From: Spironucleus salmonicida
Lineage: Eukaryota
Length of the DNA stretch: 64,000 nucleotides
Reading direction: 5' to 3'
Assembly: GCF_000497125.1 (NCBI RefSeq)
Contig: NC_090596.1
Location: forward strand, 992,001 to 1,056,000
Translations under genes and position numbers: made by a program
Notes under the pieces: generated by a model
What the model was told of the DNA's origin: nothing
What the model saw: the letters and a program-made list of their open reading frames with translations, nothing else
Database searches by the model: none
In this document: piece after piece, positions 50,929 to 64,000 of the stretch
Layout of the letters: each line of letters opens with the position of its first letter
Position numbering within the stretch: position 1 is the first letter of the stretch

Positions 50929-53900
50929 TCAATTGTCGTTCAGCAGCACGGCCACGCCCTACAGAATCCACAAACTCTCGTGGTCGAAACTGGCCACGTC
51001 AGCTGCGAAAACGAGCCCAACGCCCATAGCGTTAGTGCGCGCCGTCGTGACGTACACGGGCGCCTTAAACTGATTTCTGAGCTTTATACGACTTGCCTCG
51101 GCCGGAATCACCTTCACGAGTGGCAGCTGCACCATCAACTCCTTCTTGCGCGAGCTCACGAGGCACTCGTGCTCGGCACTCCATGAGGCCCCCTCCAGGA
51201 ACAGCCCCTGCAGGTACGTCCCGAACTCGAGCTTGCTCTTCACCTCGGCAGAATTCACGATTCCGCTCACCTGCGTGAAGAGCGCTGAGCGGTCCAGAGG
51301 CCACTTTTTGATCCTGGAACACGTCTAAACCAGCGCCGTCAGATAGCTCTCCGGGATGTGCAATCCGCTCAGCCACACGACCGCCGGCTCGCCCAGCGCG
51401 AGCCACTTTTTGTACTGGTCCGCGCGGTTTATCAGGTGCTGCATCCAGCCGCTCAGGTTCTTCAGCGTCGCTGGTGCGAATTTGCGCCATTTTTGCGGCA
51501 TTTGGCCCACGAAAAGCATGTTCGCCATGCCATCCAAATCGCTCGACATGCCGATCTCGCCAGCGAGTGCACGCTGCAGGTCCAGGATGTTCTCGCGCAT
51601 CACTACCAATAAGCGGTTGAACCGCTCGATTTCCTGCAGCAAAACGATGTCCGTCGGCTGCGGGATTTTGAACTTTTTGCGCGCCGCCAGCAGGTCGATT
51701 TCGGTCGGAACGCGCGTCTCGAGCGTCTTGCAGAGGCCGATCAGGAAGTCCTCCTTCTGGATCGAGTCCGCGGACTGCGTGCGCGGTTGTAATTCGGCCA
51801 AATTGAGCCACATCTCGCGCGACGCGGCCTCCAAATACGAGATTTCGGCGTTCGAGTGCAGCCCGAAGACGAGCGGCGTCGAAATTAGCGGGATTTTGTT
51901 GATGAAATAGGCCTCGTAAATCCGCTTTATCGACGGCTGCTCCTTGAGAACGGAATCAACGATTTCGGGCGAGATTTTGTCGCCGTAGCGCTCCGCAGAC
52001 GTCTGCAGCAGCGAGGAGATAACGAGGTTGCTCTGAACGCTCGGATTGAGCGATTTGTCGACTTCCACGACCGGCGGAATCTGGTAGTTGAAATCGTCGT
52101 CTTTGAAGAAGCTGAATTTCTGGTGCGTGTCGAAGAGGAAATCGCCGAAAAACTCACCCAAATAGCACGAAACGAGGCGCCTGTCCCAGTCGTCCATCAC
52201 GCGCCCGCCGTAGTTGACCTCACCGATCAGGTAGCGGATCGATTCCCACGGGATTTCGGTATTCTAGAGGTGCGCGTTCGTCAGATACGTGCTAATAACG
52301 TCTAAAGAAATCGCGAAATCCGAGTCGTTGAAGTCGTACTTGACGTTCCAGCCGATTTTGCCGAATTTCTGGCGCTCCTGAATCGAGGCGTGGAAGAAAG
52401 CCAGCGTGAAGATTAGGGGTCTGAAATATGGCGATGGGCACGCAGAAAGCTGGTCCTCCGTCAGCTTGGAAAACGTCGACATGACGTTCAAACGGAGCGA
52501 ATTTGGAGGCTCCGTGACGATTTTGATCGAATTTTGAAGGACTGCGAGCGGGAAATTGTCCGTTGGTTCAGTTGTCATAAAGAGCCTGAAATCCTCGTTT
52601 ACGGACTTGTTTAGCTGCTGCAAAACGGTGTTTTCGACGACGGTGCCGTCCTCCTCTTCCTGGGTCTGCGACTGCATCTGAATTAGTTGTTCTACTGCAA
52701 TAACGGGCTCTAGAATTTTGTCTAGCTATTTCAGCCATTTTGGCAGTAAATGACAGTTCATTAGCAGGATCCACTGACCTCTTGTGATGCCAGTTTTGAC
52801 GTAATTTTCAGCAATCGGCGACTGACCCTGACCCAACGCGACGAATTTGAAGCGCGAATTCAAGAAATCGTGCTTTTTGGCCAGCGCCATTATCTGATTC
52901 AACGGATCCGAGCCTGGGGTGATAATGAAGAGAATTGGCGTTGAACGCGTTGATTGCTTGTAGATGTAGTCGAATGACAGAACTGGGGGTGTAATGTACT
53001 TTTCACCGATAATGGAGGCTACGAATTAACCTACAGCGATATAGACGCGATCTGGGCGCAAACAGCGTAAAATACAGAGTTTTTAAAGATCTGTGACAAA
53101 CGGATTTTCACCGATTTTTCCAGGTAGCTGTAAGGTCTCAGGACGTTCATGGTCCCAATATGCTTTCCAAGGCTTGTCATTATTCGTAATATCATTAACT
53201 AAATCTGCAAAAATTTCAGACGTTATGGTTGGGAATTTAGCAGTTACATTAGAATCTTCACATTATTCTACGAATTTCTTAACTGATCCAATTACCACAG
53301 ATTAGTCTGCCTAGTTAAGCTGAGACGATTTGAAAATTTAGTTCAATTTAATAAGGTCTTTCCACCCTGCTGGGGCAATCCAGTTATGAGGGTTAAGGAC
53401 AGGACAATCGTCCAAGGAGAAATCACCTTTGACGAAGAAATCTAGTTCAGCATAAGGAATTGCATTTGAATTGTATTCCGCCATAATGATTCTAGTTGTG
53501 AGCATGAATGAGAACATTAATTTATGTTTTTCAAATAATGAAGTACAAACTAAGTTGTAAACATTATCTGTAAGTGTCTCAATGACATTTATAATTCTTT
53601 ATTCAACATTAGAATCGGCAGTTGCGTCGGTCAAAGATTTGGTGAAGATGTCCATAAATGCTTGCAATGAATATTAATACATAGTATTAATTGTAGCCAG
53701 AACGCTCATTGCAAAATAGCAAACTCGACCTCTTACTGCGACAGGAAGATAATTTTATCTAGCAGCTTCTGTCTGCTCTGCAGTTATCTTCATTGATGCT
53801 AGAGCTTCAGTAACCTCAAGGGCCTTGGCCTTAGCTTTTTCTAAAGTTGTAATTAGCTCAGTATTATCCACGATATTACCAGTAGCAGTTGATAGAGCAA

Positions 53901-56900
53901 CCAAAAGCTTTTCTTCTTCTGACTTCAAAGTATCGTTAGCAGCTGCCATAGTTTTAACTAATTTTTCACGCTACTATTCGATATCAGGACGTTCACGCTT
54001 AACAACAACATTAAGAAGCTGAGATTCTAGACCTGATTCAGTAACACAATGGTTAATAACAGAAAGAGTTGAGAAAATATCAGGTGGAAGCTATGGGTTA
54101 AACAACTTAGATGTCAAGTAAAGCTTGAAATTATTATCGTAATCGACATCTTTATCACCAAGTCTAACAGTTTTCTACGAAGAACCTTTAATTCTGATAT
54201 CCTTCTCTAATACCGAAGTTAAAATAGGGTCTAAAGACTCGCCCACATTGTCTAGTAAAAATGGACGACCATATTATATCGCATTTTCTAATTACTTTAG
54301 GAAATCATCATCATTTTAAGTTCTAACAATAAGTTAGTTTGATTTTTCTTTTTCCTTTATCCACCTAGATGTTTGAAGTTATGGATCTATAATCAAAGGC
54401 CATTTAGATGTTCTGGTAATCATAACACCATTCATAACAGAAAGTTCATCAGATGGTAAGCCTTCAGAGCCCCAATTGAGAACTTCAACGTCGCTGACTA
54501 AAAGTAATTCTGGTCTATATTATTTAATATTGTTTTTATCGTCAAATTCTATACTTAATGGTATTTTTCTATCTGAACAGTCTGAAACCCATGCTTAAAT
54601 TAATCTATTTCTAAATTCGAAAGTGAAACCACCTGCATACGACATCATAGCACTAGTAACTAAGCAATCACCAACATATTATCTTTAAATCTTTTGCAGC
54701 TTATCGGCCTCCGCTGCCCAACGGACTTTTTCAGTACTTAAACCAGTGATAAGTCTTTAAGCAGCATCTAAACGCTTAGCCATTAACTCTGCAGCATCTG
54801 CCAGTTCTTGCTACTCAGCTTGAGCAGCATCCAATTTTTCTTTCAATATAGCAGATTCTGCAGATAATTATTCTAAAGTTTATTGCAAAGAAGTTAATTC
54901 CTTCTTCGCCTTATCTAACATTGCTTCTGCTTCTCTAACCTTTTTCCTCTTAGGTTCAACATCCTTAGCTACTTCATAATATTTCTGCATTGAAAGGACC
55001 CACTTGTATATGCAAAGAGCAGCACCAGATGATTTTTGGACTGATTCATCAGTTAATTTACTTGTAATAGTTTTGGTATAATTTACCGATCTTTATGCTA
55101 ATCTACTTTTATCGAAATTAGTCAGCTCGTTCTTTAAATCACCTAAAAGACCTTTGGAAGTACCCCAATCTATATTGCTGATGCTATTTTCTTTTAGTGC
55201 ATACACACAACCAATGATATCTTCTACGGCCTTGGGAGCCACTTTCAAAGTACGAATTTCTGCAATTTCTGAATTATTTAAGTTTTACAGCGCTTACTCT
55301 GCAGCTTCAAGAGCGGGTAGTGCTTGCAAAAGCTAAGCCTCTGCTTCTGATTTATCAATCTCAATAGCAGCCGATTACTTAGAAAGTTCCTCGTTTTTAG
55401 TGTTAGCTTACTATTGTAATTTATTTGTTTCTAGTGTTTATTCCTCAATTTAAGTAAGCATCACAGTACAAGATTTAGTTTTTTCATCTAAGATGATCTT
55501 TCTTTCCTCTAGTTCCACCTACATAACATCGACTTCACTTTTAGCCTGAGATAATTTATCGAGTCCTTTCTTGAATTTATCAATATCAAGCATACACGTA
55601 TAACGTTTCTATGACAAAATTTTTAAATAAGTTTGTAAGAAATCAACAAAGTTACGTGGGGTAACAAAATTTCTTCTACGTATAGACTACCAATATTCTT
55701 CTGAAAAAACAACAGCAGTCTTATGGACTTAAAGAGCGTGTTCAATAATATTATAAATAAGCTGCTTCTTGAGCTCTGGAAGTTAATCTACAGGTCTGTC
55801 TGGGAAGATAGAATCATCTGCTATTTAGATTTATTGTGTTTTGCTAACTGTTAAAATACTCTTAGATACAGTTCTGAGGCCATCATCTGACCATGATTCA
55901 TACCAATCAATAACACAGCTAGAAACTAAACCCGGGAATGACCTGCAACGTTATCTCAAAACCTCTCCAACAGGGGACATAGATAATACAATATGGAGAC
56001 GCTCTCTACAAGAATTTACAAAGAATGTCCAAAGAGCATCTTTTGTTTCAGGAACTCCATTCTCTATAGCCAAATTTCTTACTAAATTAATACATTGTTC
56101 CTTTTCATCAGATGAGAAAAGTGCGGGAACAATACCCGTTGTAAGAATAGAATTAATAGCTTCTAAGAAGCTTTCATCTGCTACATGTTAATCTGTGAAA
56201 AGGAATGTAATTTATTTATTAATATTTGCTGGGGGAGCAAGCCTCATATACAATGACTTTAAGTCTTCTTTAAAATTAACTTCTGTATAAGACTTAGAAA
56301 GTTGAATTTCAAATAACTCATAACCAGCCATATAGGTAGCCAGACGAGTTAAGCTACGACGACCTGAACCTCCATAACCAACTAAAAGAGCACAACCCTT
56401 AGGAGTTCTTAATATCTTATGCAACCTCAATAAATGGCTTACTGCATCGTCAAACAATACAATACCATGAAGTGGTGGTTTAATATGTTAGTTATAAGAA
56501 TCTAAACCTAAGTGAGCAAGCTTTCTTGCTAATCTATAAACACTCTCATCAACCTCTTCTGGTTACTTTTGTTCCTCTTCAACAATTTCTGGCTGTTTCT
56601 CAGCTTCCGCTTCATCAATAATATCATCATCTTCATTCTTATGTGCTTATCTTTCTTCGGGTTCACCATCGATAAGCTCTTCATAACTTCTGAAACAAAC
56701 ATTTTCTGGTTCTATACCATTTCTTTAACTATCATAATTTTCTAATAGTTTGGGTATTTCTCTGAAATCACCAAAAATAAGATTATTGTCTAATACGACA
56801 TCTAATTAATCAACGTCACCAAAGTATTCATTAATAGTAGATGCAATCTTATTATTGACTAAATCTTTATCTTCCTGACAGATCAACCTGTCGCAGAAAA

Positions 56901-59900
56901 TTCTAGTAAACTCATTTCTCCATAACTTTAATAACAGACTAGTGTTCTTAAACTTATCGGGGCTAGCAAATGTTAAACCTTCATACACTCTGGAAAGATC
57001 TCTTAAGTTAAATAGATAATGGAATCTAGAAGGCGTTGGGGATAGTGCCTGTAAAGTTGCAGTATAAACAACAAGAGTGGCCGTAGTTAATTTCTTACTA
57101 AGGGTATCTATGTAGCGATAATTTGCTTCTGAATCAGATAAATCAAATTGGAAATTAGCAGACTTCAGATGTGATGATAAAATAGAAGAATAAATATGTG
57201 TTAATGCATCTTCTGATGGTGTTGCTATATTAAGACTGCAGAACAATGAAACAAAACGGGGGTCAAGTTTATTATGAGATCCGCCTGGAATAGGTAAGCA
57301 ACCAATAGATTAAACATCGATGACTTTCTTCCAGATTAAAGCCTTCTTATCATAAATACCTTTACCTTCTGTGAATAATTTTAATAACGCAATAGGCTAC
57401 TGAGTACCATAAATATCAATCGTAGGCATAGAAATTTCATCTACAAAGAATACTAATTTTTTACCAGCTGGAGGACCTAAATCTTTAAGACGTTTTTCTA
57501 AATTATCCTCTAATGCAGTTTAAACTTCTGTTGCACCAGTTCTAGATGAAAAGTTCATAGACAAGGTGTTAAAAGTTTCTGGATCAAGGGATCGTAAATA
57601 GTTTTTAACTATGGTTGTCTTAGCAGTACCAGATTCCCCGACAAACAAAACATTTCTTCCAGCTTTTACAAAAGTATCTAAAACCCAAGTATTTCTAATT
57701 GTGTCTTAGGTCTCAACGACAATATTAGCGAAAGAGCGATCTGGTCCGGGTTAATACGGCAACAAGAAGCTACTCCATGGGCACCATACTTGTCTACGCA
57801 AATCGAAATAGAAATCAAACAATGTTGATTGCTATTATCCACCAATACCAGATGAAGAGGCTGATGTTATAATCCCACCTGGGAAGTGGGAGGCTGATAC
57901 AGTTTCGTTAGTAGCTACGCCAGATTTCATTGGTAAGCCAGAAAGTTCTCTTAAATAGGAATCTAAGTTACCGCGCTCGTGTTCATCTACTCCAGCTCCA
58001 ATTGACCAAATAATACAGAATAAGAATAATGCTTCTAAAATAAGGGGATCATTAAGTATGCTAGCTTTATATTGGGAGAAAACAACATCTTATGGATACT
58101 TTAAAACTTGATCGCTTCCTTCTTCAGCTTTCTTAACGCAATCATCGAATAATACACAGAATTAATTAACTAGATTCAAATCTGTTACTGGCATAGCCAA
58201 CTTCAATAGACCTACTACCTCTGGTTATCCAGAACTAGAATTAATTCTAACACCGTTATAAATATAATCTAATAATTAAGGAATATACTTATTGTATAAT
58301 TGTAATGCATTATTTTTAGCATCAGTTAGGTCAGTTTTCTATTCGCCTGAGCCTGCAGATGTGAACTTTTCTCTAATCCAACGCATAAACCTTGGGGCAT
58401 ATCCCAAATTTTTAGTATCAACCCAAACCATACCACAACGAGATACCGTAGCAGGTGATGCATATTGGAGATCAGCGACTTCAAAAACTAATTTACAATT
58501 ATCTAACATTCTAATACGCTCGTTATTAGGTAGAGTTAATAATTTATTATCGTCCATGACCGAATTCATGTTTTCAATCCAAAGGGCATCCACATCACCA
58601 TCAAACAAAATAATATTTTATACTTTATCATTACCAGAAAATTCAGGAGAATTTAAATTTCTGAAAATCTTAGATAATAAACCATCTTACCATTCTCTAG
58701 TATCAGGATTTAGGACACCATAGAGTTCATTAACAGTCTACGCTTTTGGATTTACGATTTAATAAAATGTCTTAATGCCCATCTCAGAGTTAGCACGAGC
58801 ATACGCTTGTCTAATAACTGACTTGCCACCACCAGTTGGGCCTACCATCATAACTGAATGGCGGGAACCTAAGGTATCATAAAATTATTGAACTTTCAAA
58901 ACTTAATCTGGAATAACTTCCATGGAAAGAGCACTCAACGCATTTTATGCTGCTGCCTTCATATCTAAGACTGCAGATTTTTTAGATTCTTTTCCTCCTT
59001 CCTTAGGAGTATCCTCATCAATCTTAATACCTGGGCACAGATCTGTGATTAACCCCATAAATAATGGAACGTCTTCGAAAATAAATTTCGGTAAATTCAT
59101 ATCACGGAGAGCACGCATAAGAACACGATCTTCATCTTCATCAGGCTACTATCTTTTCAATTTACCTGCATTAACTAAAACAGATTTCAAAGCACGAAGA
59201 CCAAAATCATAATGGTACTGCTTTGATAGTTATTCTGATGCCAATTTATACAAAACAGTCATTTTCATGGCTAAAACTCTAGCTGTAACAAAACCTTCTG
59301 AAAACAACATATTTTCGCAAATAGTAGACAAATTTGGTTTTGACATGACGACTGGTCTGAAAAGTACCTTTAAATTATCTGGTAATTCTGAACGACCCGC
59401 ATAACCTGGATTCATAGTACAGAAGACACCAGCTGTATTTCTTAACACAATATCACGACCTTCAAATAAGAATTTAACACTAGGTATATCTTTAGACCCT
59501 TCTTAAACAGTGCACAATTTCAGAGCATTAAGTATAATTTTAACTTGCTATGAGATAACTGATAATACAGCTGGTTCAATTCTATTAAACTCGTCGAAAC
59601 AAATCCAACATCCTGCTTCACAGGCTCCAGATAATATTGAACCCATTGCACGAACATCTAAACCTTCTGAGCAATTAATAACTACACACATTCTACCTAA
59701 CTATTTTGATAAATCTTTAACTCCTTCAGTTTTACCTGTACCAGCAGGTCCGGCAGGAGCTCCAAAAAATCCTTTGTTTAATGCAGTGGTGATAGTCATG
59801 TTAAGTCTATCCAACAAAGGAGTAACAACTAATCTACCGCCTAATCCCTAATATTCAAAGAGATAAGGATGCGCGGGAGGTGTAGTTTATAGAATCTATA

Positions 59901-62900
59901 AATTATCCTATCTAGCTAAATAATAAAATCTTAATTAAGATTCATAATTAAAATCGGAAGTTTTAATAACATTTTACTTGATAAGCTCATCTAAAATAGT
60001 TTGATGGTGGATATCCACAATCAAAAGTGTGTTAATTTTTATTCTCGCCGTCTTAGATAGATCCGTACGAATTTCGGTGACTAAATTGTCGATTTATTCG
60101 TTCTTACGTTGCAAATTTACTTTCATGGCATTGTGATTTTCTGTATTGTCAGAGTCCGAATTAATTAATCTAAATGCATCTTCACAATCCCAAGTATGGT
60201 AAACTTCGCTAGCAACAATACAAACCTAGCCTATATGCTTATGTACCCATTAAACTCTATCTTATTGAGCATAATTTGCTCCAAAATCATAAATACCTGT
60301 CTTTATTGCTATTCTTAATGACTCCTTCATCTCATTATCTATCTGAGTCATCCACTATTCAATAGGAGCATTTTATTCTATTTTAACTATAGTATTATAC
60401 ATTAACTATTCACCTTCTGGTGAATTCATGCCAATAACTATATTATTTGATCCACGCTAAAATTCTAAACTAGCGACATTGTCAAACATTTTTCTCATAT
60501 GCTCTTAAACTGAAGTTGGATCTGAAGCAGAACCTAGGATTGAAAGCAACTCGTCATCAGAGATAAAGTAAAATCTTTGATATTACGATCTTTTACTATT
60601 AAGATAGTCTGTTAATGCTTTTTAGCAAGCATCCATAGAGGCTATTTACGCTTTGATCATATCTAATCTTCCACTAGCACTACAAGCATCATAAACATTC
60701 GGGTTGGTCTTACCCATTTCTGACATTAATTTAACAAATGCCATATCAATTCTATCGAAACGTTTGGCTTCATCTGGCAATTATACTCTTAAATCTTCTG
60801 AACCAGCAAATATACCTTCCAAATACATCCACTATCTTTGATATTATAACCAGCTTTCTAAAACATCAGATATTATACCTAGACGCTTCTCCCATAATCT
60901 TACATCACTAGTAAAAACAGCAACATATTTACTACTGCTCATGCTTTATAAACTCATGCTGTTATCTTCAATAATAAGCATAATTTCATCTAAACTACGT
61001 AATACATAACCACGTTCTTTACCTTTACTGTTTGTAAATTTTTAAATTGGTAATCTAGTTTATGTCCAAATTTCTGCAATTTTGGCCAAATCACTTTCAA
61101 TTTGAAGCTCTTTCTAAGCCCCAATAACAATATCTGAAATAGCGTCCTTATATTTAGAAAGGTCTAAACTTGTAATCTAGCCTAAAGTTAAGTTTGAATT
61201 TTCATTTCCTGAGAAAATTTACTAATTACAAGCTTCCTCTACTTTAACCCAATGTCTCTAACGCAAAGCTTTATTCGTTAAATCTTCTAAAAGTGGTATA
61301 GATTGCTTATATTAAATAATCATAGTCTCGACTAATTCATAACATTTATGATGCTTGAAATCAACTCCTAGTCTAGCTAACTATACCATTAACGTATCAC
61401 AACCAGTTTCTAACATTTTAGCGTTCAGTTACGCGAATAAAATTCTATCCCAATCTGAAAAGTTCTCCTTAACATTTCCATAAACGACTAAAATTGTGCC
61501 GAATTTGTCCATTTCACGCTCAACAGCAGGTAAACCTGCACAAGAAATAGGTTCTTAATTAAAAAGTCTTTGAGCGAGTAAGGTTTTATCCTTTTCTTTA
61601 ATCATAGCATCAAGTTTTGATTTTATTTCGCTATAAACATCAGAAACAACATCTAACGTCTATGAAATGCTTCTAGATGGAACAAACGTATTATCAATTT
61701 ACTATTTATTGAATTCTTAGTTATATAGTTAAATTGGCTGCATTGGCCCGGACTCTTTAAACTGTAAAATGAAAGCCTATAATTGCTTTTCAAATTCTTT
61801 ACTCTGTTTTGCAGTAACATCGCTAAATTTCTTCTTTGTGGCATCTAAAGCGCCATCAATTAAGCCAGAATGTACTTAAATTGTCTCCCATTTTCGCTTG
61901 AAATCTTATGCCGCCACCATTTCAACATGGTGAATCTTACAATTAACCGTTTTGAAGATTTTTTTCTTCATATTTTCTGATTTTCCAGTCAAAAACGATA
62001 ATTCTATCCCAGAAGGCTACCCAGAGCCTCCAGTAGTGATACTGGTCGTCGCCAAAGGCCCAACTTCGCTATTACATAATTCAGCCATAGTTTCGCAGTT
62101 TTAGACGAATTTGAACAGACTTCCGTAACTAAACCCATAATTCAAATGCTGAGTTATTTCGCTTATAAAATCGCTATTGCTCTGCAAAGAAAGCAGCTAA
62201 ACCTCCTAATCGTGCTCGCTATTGCCGATAATTCCATCATAGAGGTAAATTAGCCTGTAAAGCTCAAAAACGCCTTCGGATTTGAGCTCAATGCTCATCG
62301 TATTTTGCTGAATCCGAACGATCGTTTGCAGGACGCTCTTCAAATTGTCGATTACAGCGCATTCTTCGCTAACTTATTTGAGCTCCAAATCGCACGTCTG
62401 ATATAACTCCAAAAGCAGCGGACGCGCCTTTTCGATCACCATGCGCATCACGCAATCGCGCCACAAATAGCACTCATTTATGATGCTTTCGGCGAGCTGC
62501 GTGCCCTCCAAAATGCAGAAAACGACGATTGCGCGATACGGCGGATGCGAGCTGATTTCGCCCGAAAACGGCAGCGACTGCATCAAATTGCAGTTCTCAG
62601 GAATCCTGAAAAACGAGTTTTCGTCGATTTTGAACGACTGCAAATCGTCGATTTCGTTCGATTCCTGCGACTGGCCGTCGACCAAAACCGTCAAAAGCGA
62701 CGCCTTTTCGCGCTTTTTGTTGCTGTTCAAAACGAACGTTTTTTCCTGTTTTCCCTGCTCCAAAAACTGCGCTGTGGACGTGAAAAAGTGCAGCAAATAG
62801 TCGAAATCTGAACTCGAGAGCTCAAATTACTGGAATTTGTTGATGACTTAAAGCCGTTAATTTTTGTAAAAATCGGTAAATTTGCTCCAAGAATTCACGT

Positions 62901-64000
62901 ATTTTTGGATCTCTACGAGCGTTTATTGGACCTTTTCCTGGATGTCTGTGATGATTGTCGTCACCGTCGACTGGTTGATTACTTGGATGTGGAAAGAGCG
63001 GACGACGACTTCTTCTTGGAGCGTTACGTCGTCTAATTGCGCTTATTTGCGGAATTCGAACAGCTCAGATTTTCTGAGCGTTGTAGCGTCAGAAGAAATT
63101 AGGATTTAAGCGCCTTTTTGGGACGTTGCGGATTCGAAATTATGCTGTTTGACGGTTCCGTCTTCCCAGAGAACGAAAGGCTGAGCGACGCGTGCGATTG
63201 CCTCCACTTGGTAGTTTAGTGTGTTTCTGAGCTGCTCAATTGACGGGTTAACAAGAATTTCTGGGAGCTGCAAACTGGCTTATAAATGGAAAAGTGGGGT
63301 GTAGTTATATTTTAAGAATTTGTTATTTATTTCCTTGTTATTTACAGTTTGACCTTTGATGAGGGTGTTGTAATCTTTAAGCGCGTTAGTGACCATTTGG
63401 ATCAAAGCATTAAACACCTTTTGGGCCCAGAATTTGTAATATTTCTCAAGTTTTCCTGTATCATTTCCTAAGTTAGCATTCTCTTCAATTTTTAATAATA
63501 ACTAGGTAAGACCAGAATATTTTTCGAGAGCAAGTGTTACTTATCTATTTCTATATTCCTCAATTCTTTCGCTGAACTCTTACAAACTCAAACTTGCCAA
63601 ATCTTCGAACATTTTTTCATTCATTGCAGCAGCTTTGAGTTCCATATCTCTTGCTGCAGCCCTCATTGCCTGTTCTGGTGGTAAATTAGCATACTTTGTC
63701 GGGTCTATAGACACGTTGACAAGATTTTAGGGATTTGCCGCAGCATATGAAAGTTCAGAACCTGAAAATAGTATTTACTGCGAAGGTACTAACTTTGTAT
63801 TCTTTATGAATTTAATATTTTATTCAACATTTCCAATAGTTTTCAGCATTTATTAGCAAGTTTATTAAAGTTCTGACGCTGCTGAAATAGATCGTTCTAA
63901 ATAATCATCTACAGATAATGAATTCCAGTTCAAAGGGCCAAAACCTGGTCTAATGATGATTGATGCCTTTTAAACTGCTTTTTCAATTAAAACATGAGCC
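50929..64000 (-). CDS. DNAH10: Axonemal dynein heavy chain, inner-arm I1/f alpha (DNAH10-like); 5' end outside the window
   Basis: P-loops [24 protein letters not shown] and [16 protein letters not shown]-terminal [19 protein letters not shown]...NAMGVGLVF...WILQGV. All dynein-like track fragments share one frame over 13 kb. Subtype assigned by recall of DNAH10 motifs. Confidence 0.93.

Noticed and set aside
50929-64000. Split or trans-spliced dynein as in Giardia outer-arm chains
   Set aside because: All fragments lie in one continuous code-6 frame; no intron is needed within the window.

Overview
Gene-dense, apparently intron-free eukaryotic DNA in which TAA/TAG encode Gln and TGA is the only stop, so the supplied standard-code ORFs are fragments. 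I retranslated all CDS by hand with code 6. The code, the AGTGA stop/polyA motif, a C-rich promoter motif, 2[4Fe-4S] ferredoxins and an axonemal dynein suggest a hexamitine diplomonad, Spironucleus-like (inference). Recognisable genes: PheRS alpha, tRNA-His(GUG), a full-length divergent OST48/Wbp1, a membrane-anchored PDI, RPL10A, a histidine acid phosphatase, two ferredoxins, an AAAP amino-acid transporter, a PPPDE/LRAT-like peptidase and a DNAH10-like dynein heavy chain. Main structural observations: (1) five 542-aa type-I membrane protein paralogues that are mosaics of one another, four of them inside a 4.4-kb inverted duplication around a 10.3-kb spacer; (2) abrupt GC steps that coincide with homogenised or duplicated tracts; (3) a 4.4-kb 20-22-bp minisatellite with variant-unit higher-order structure; (4) a near-perfect 2.95-kb palindrome carrying head-to-head ferredoxins; (5) a dispersed family of small MG-initiated proteins.
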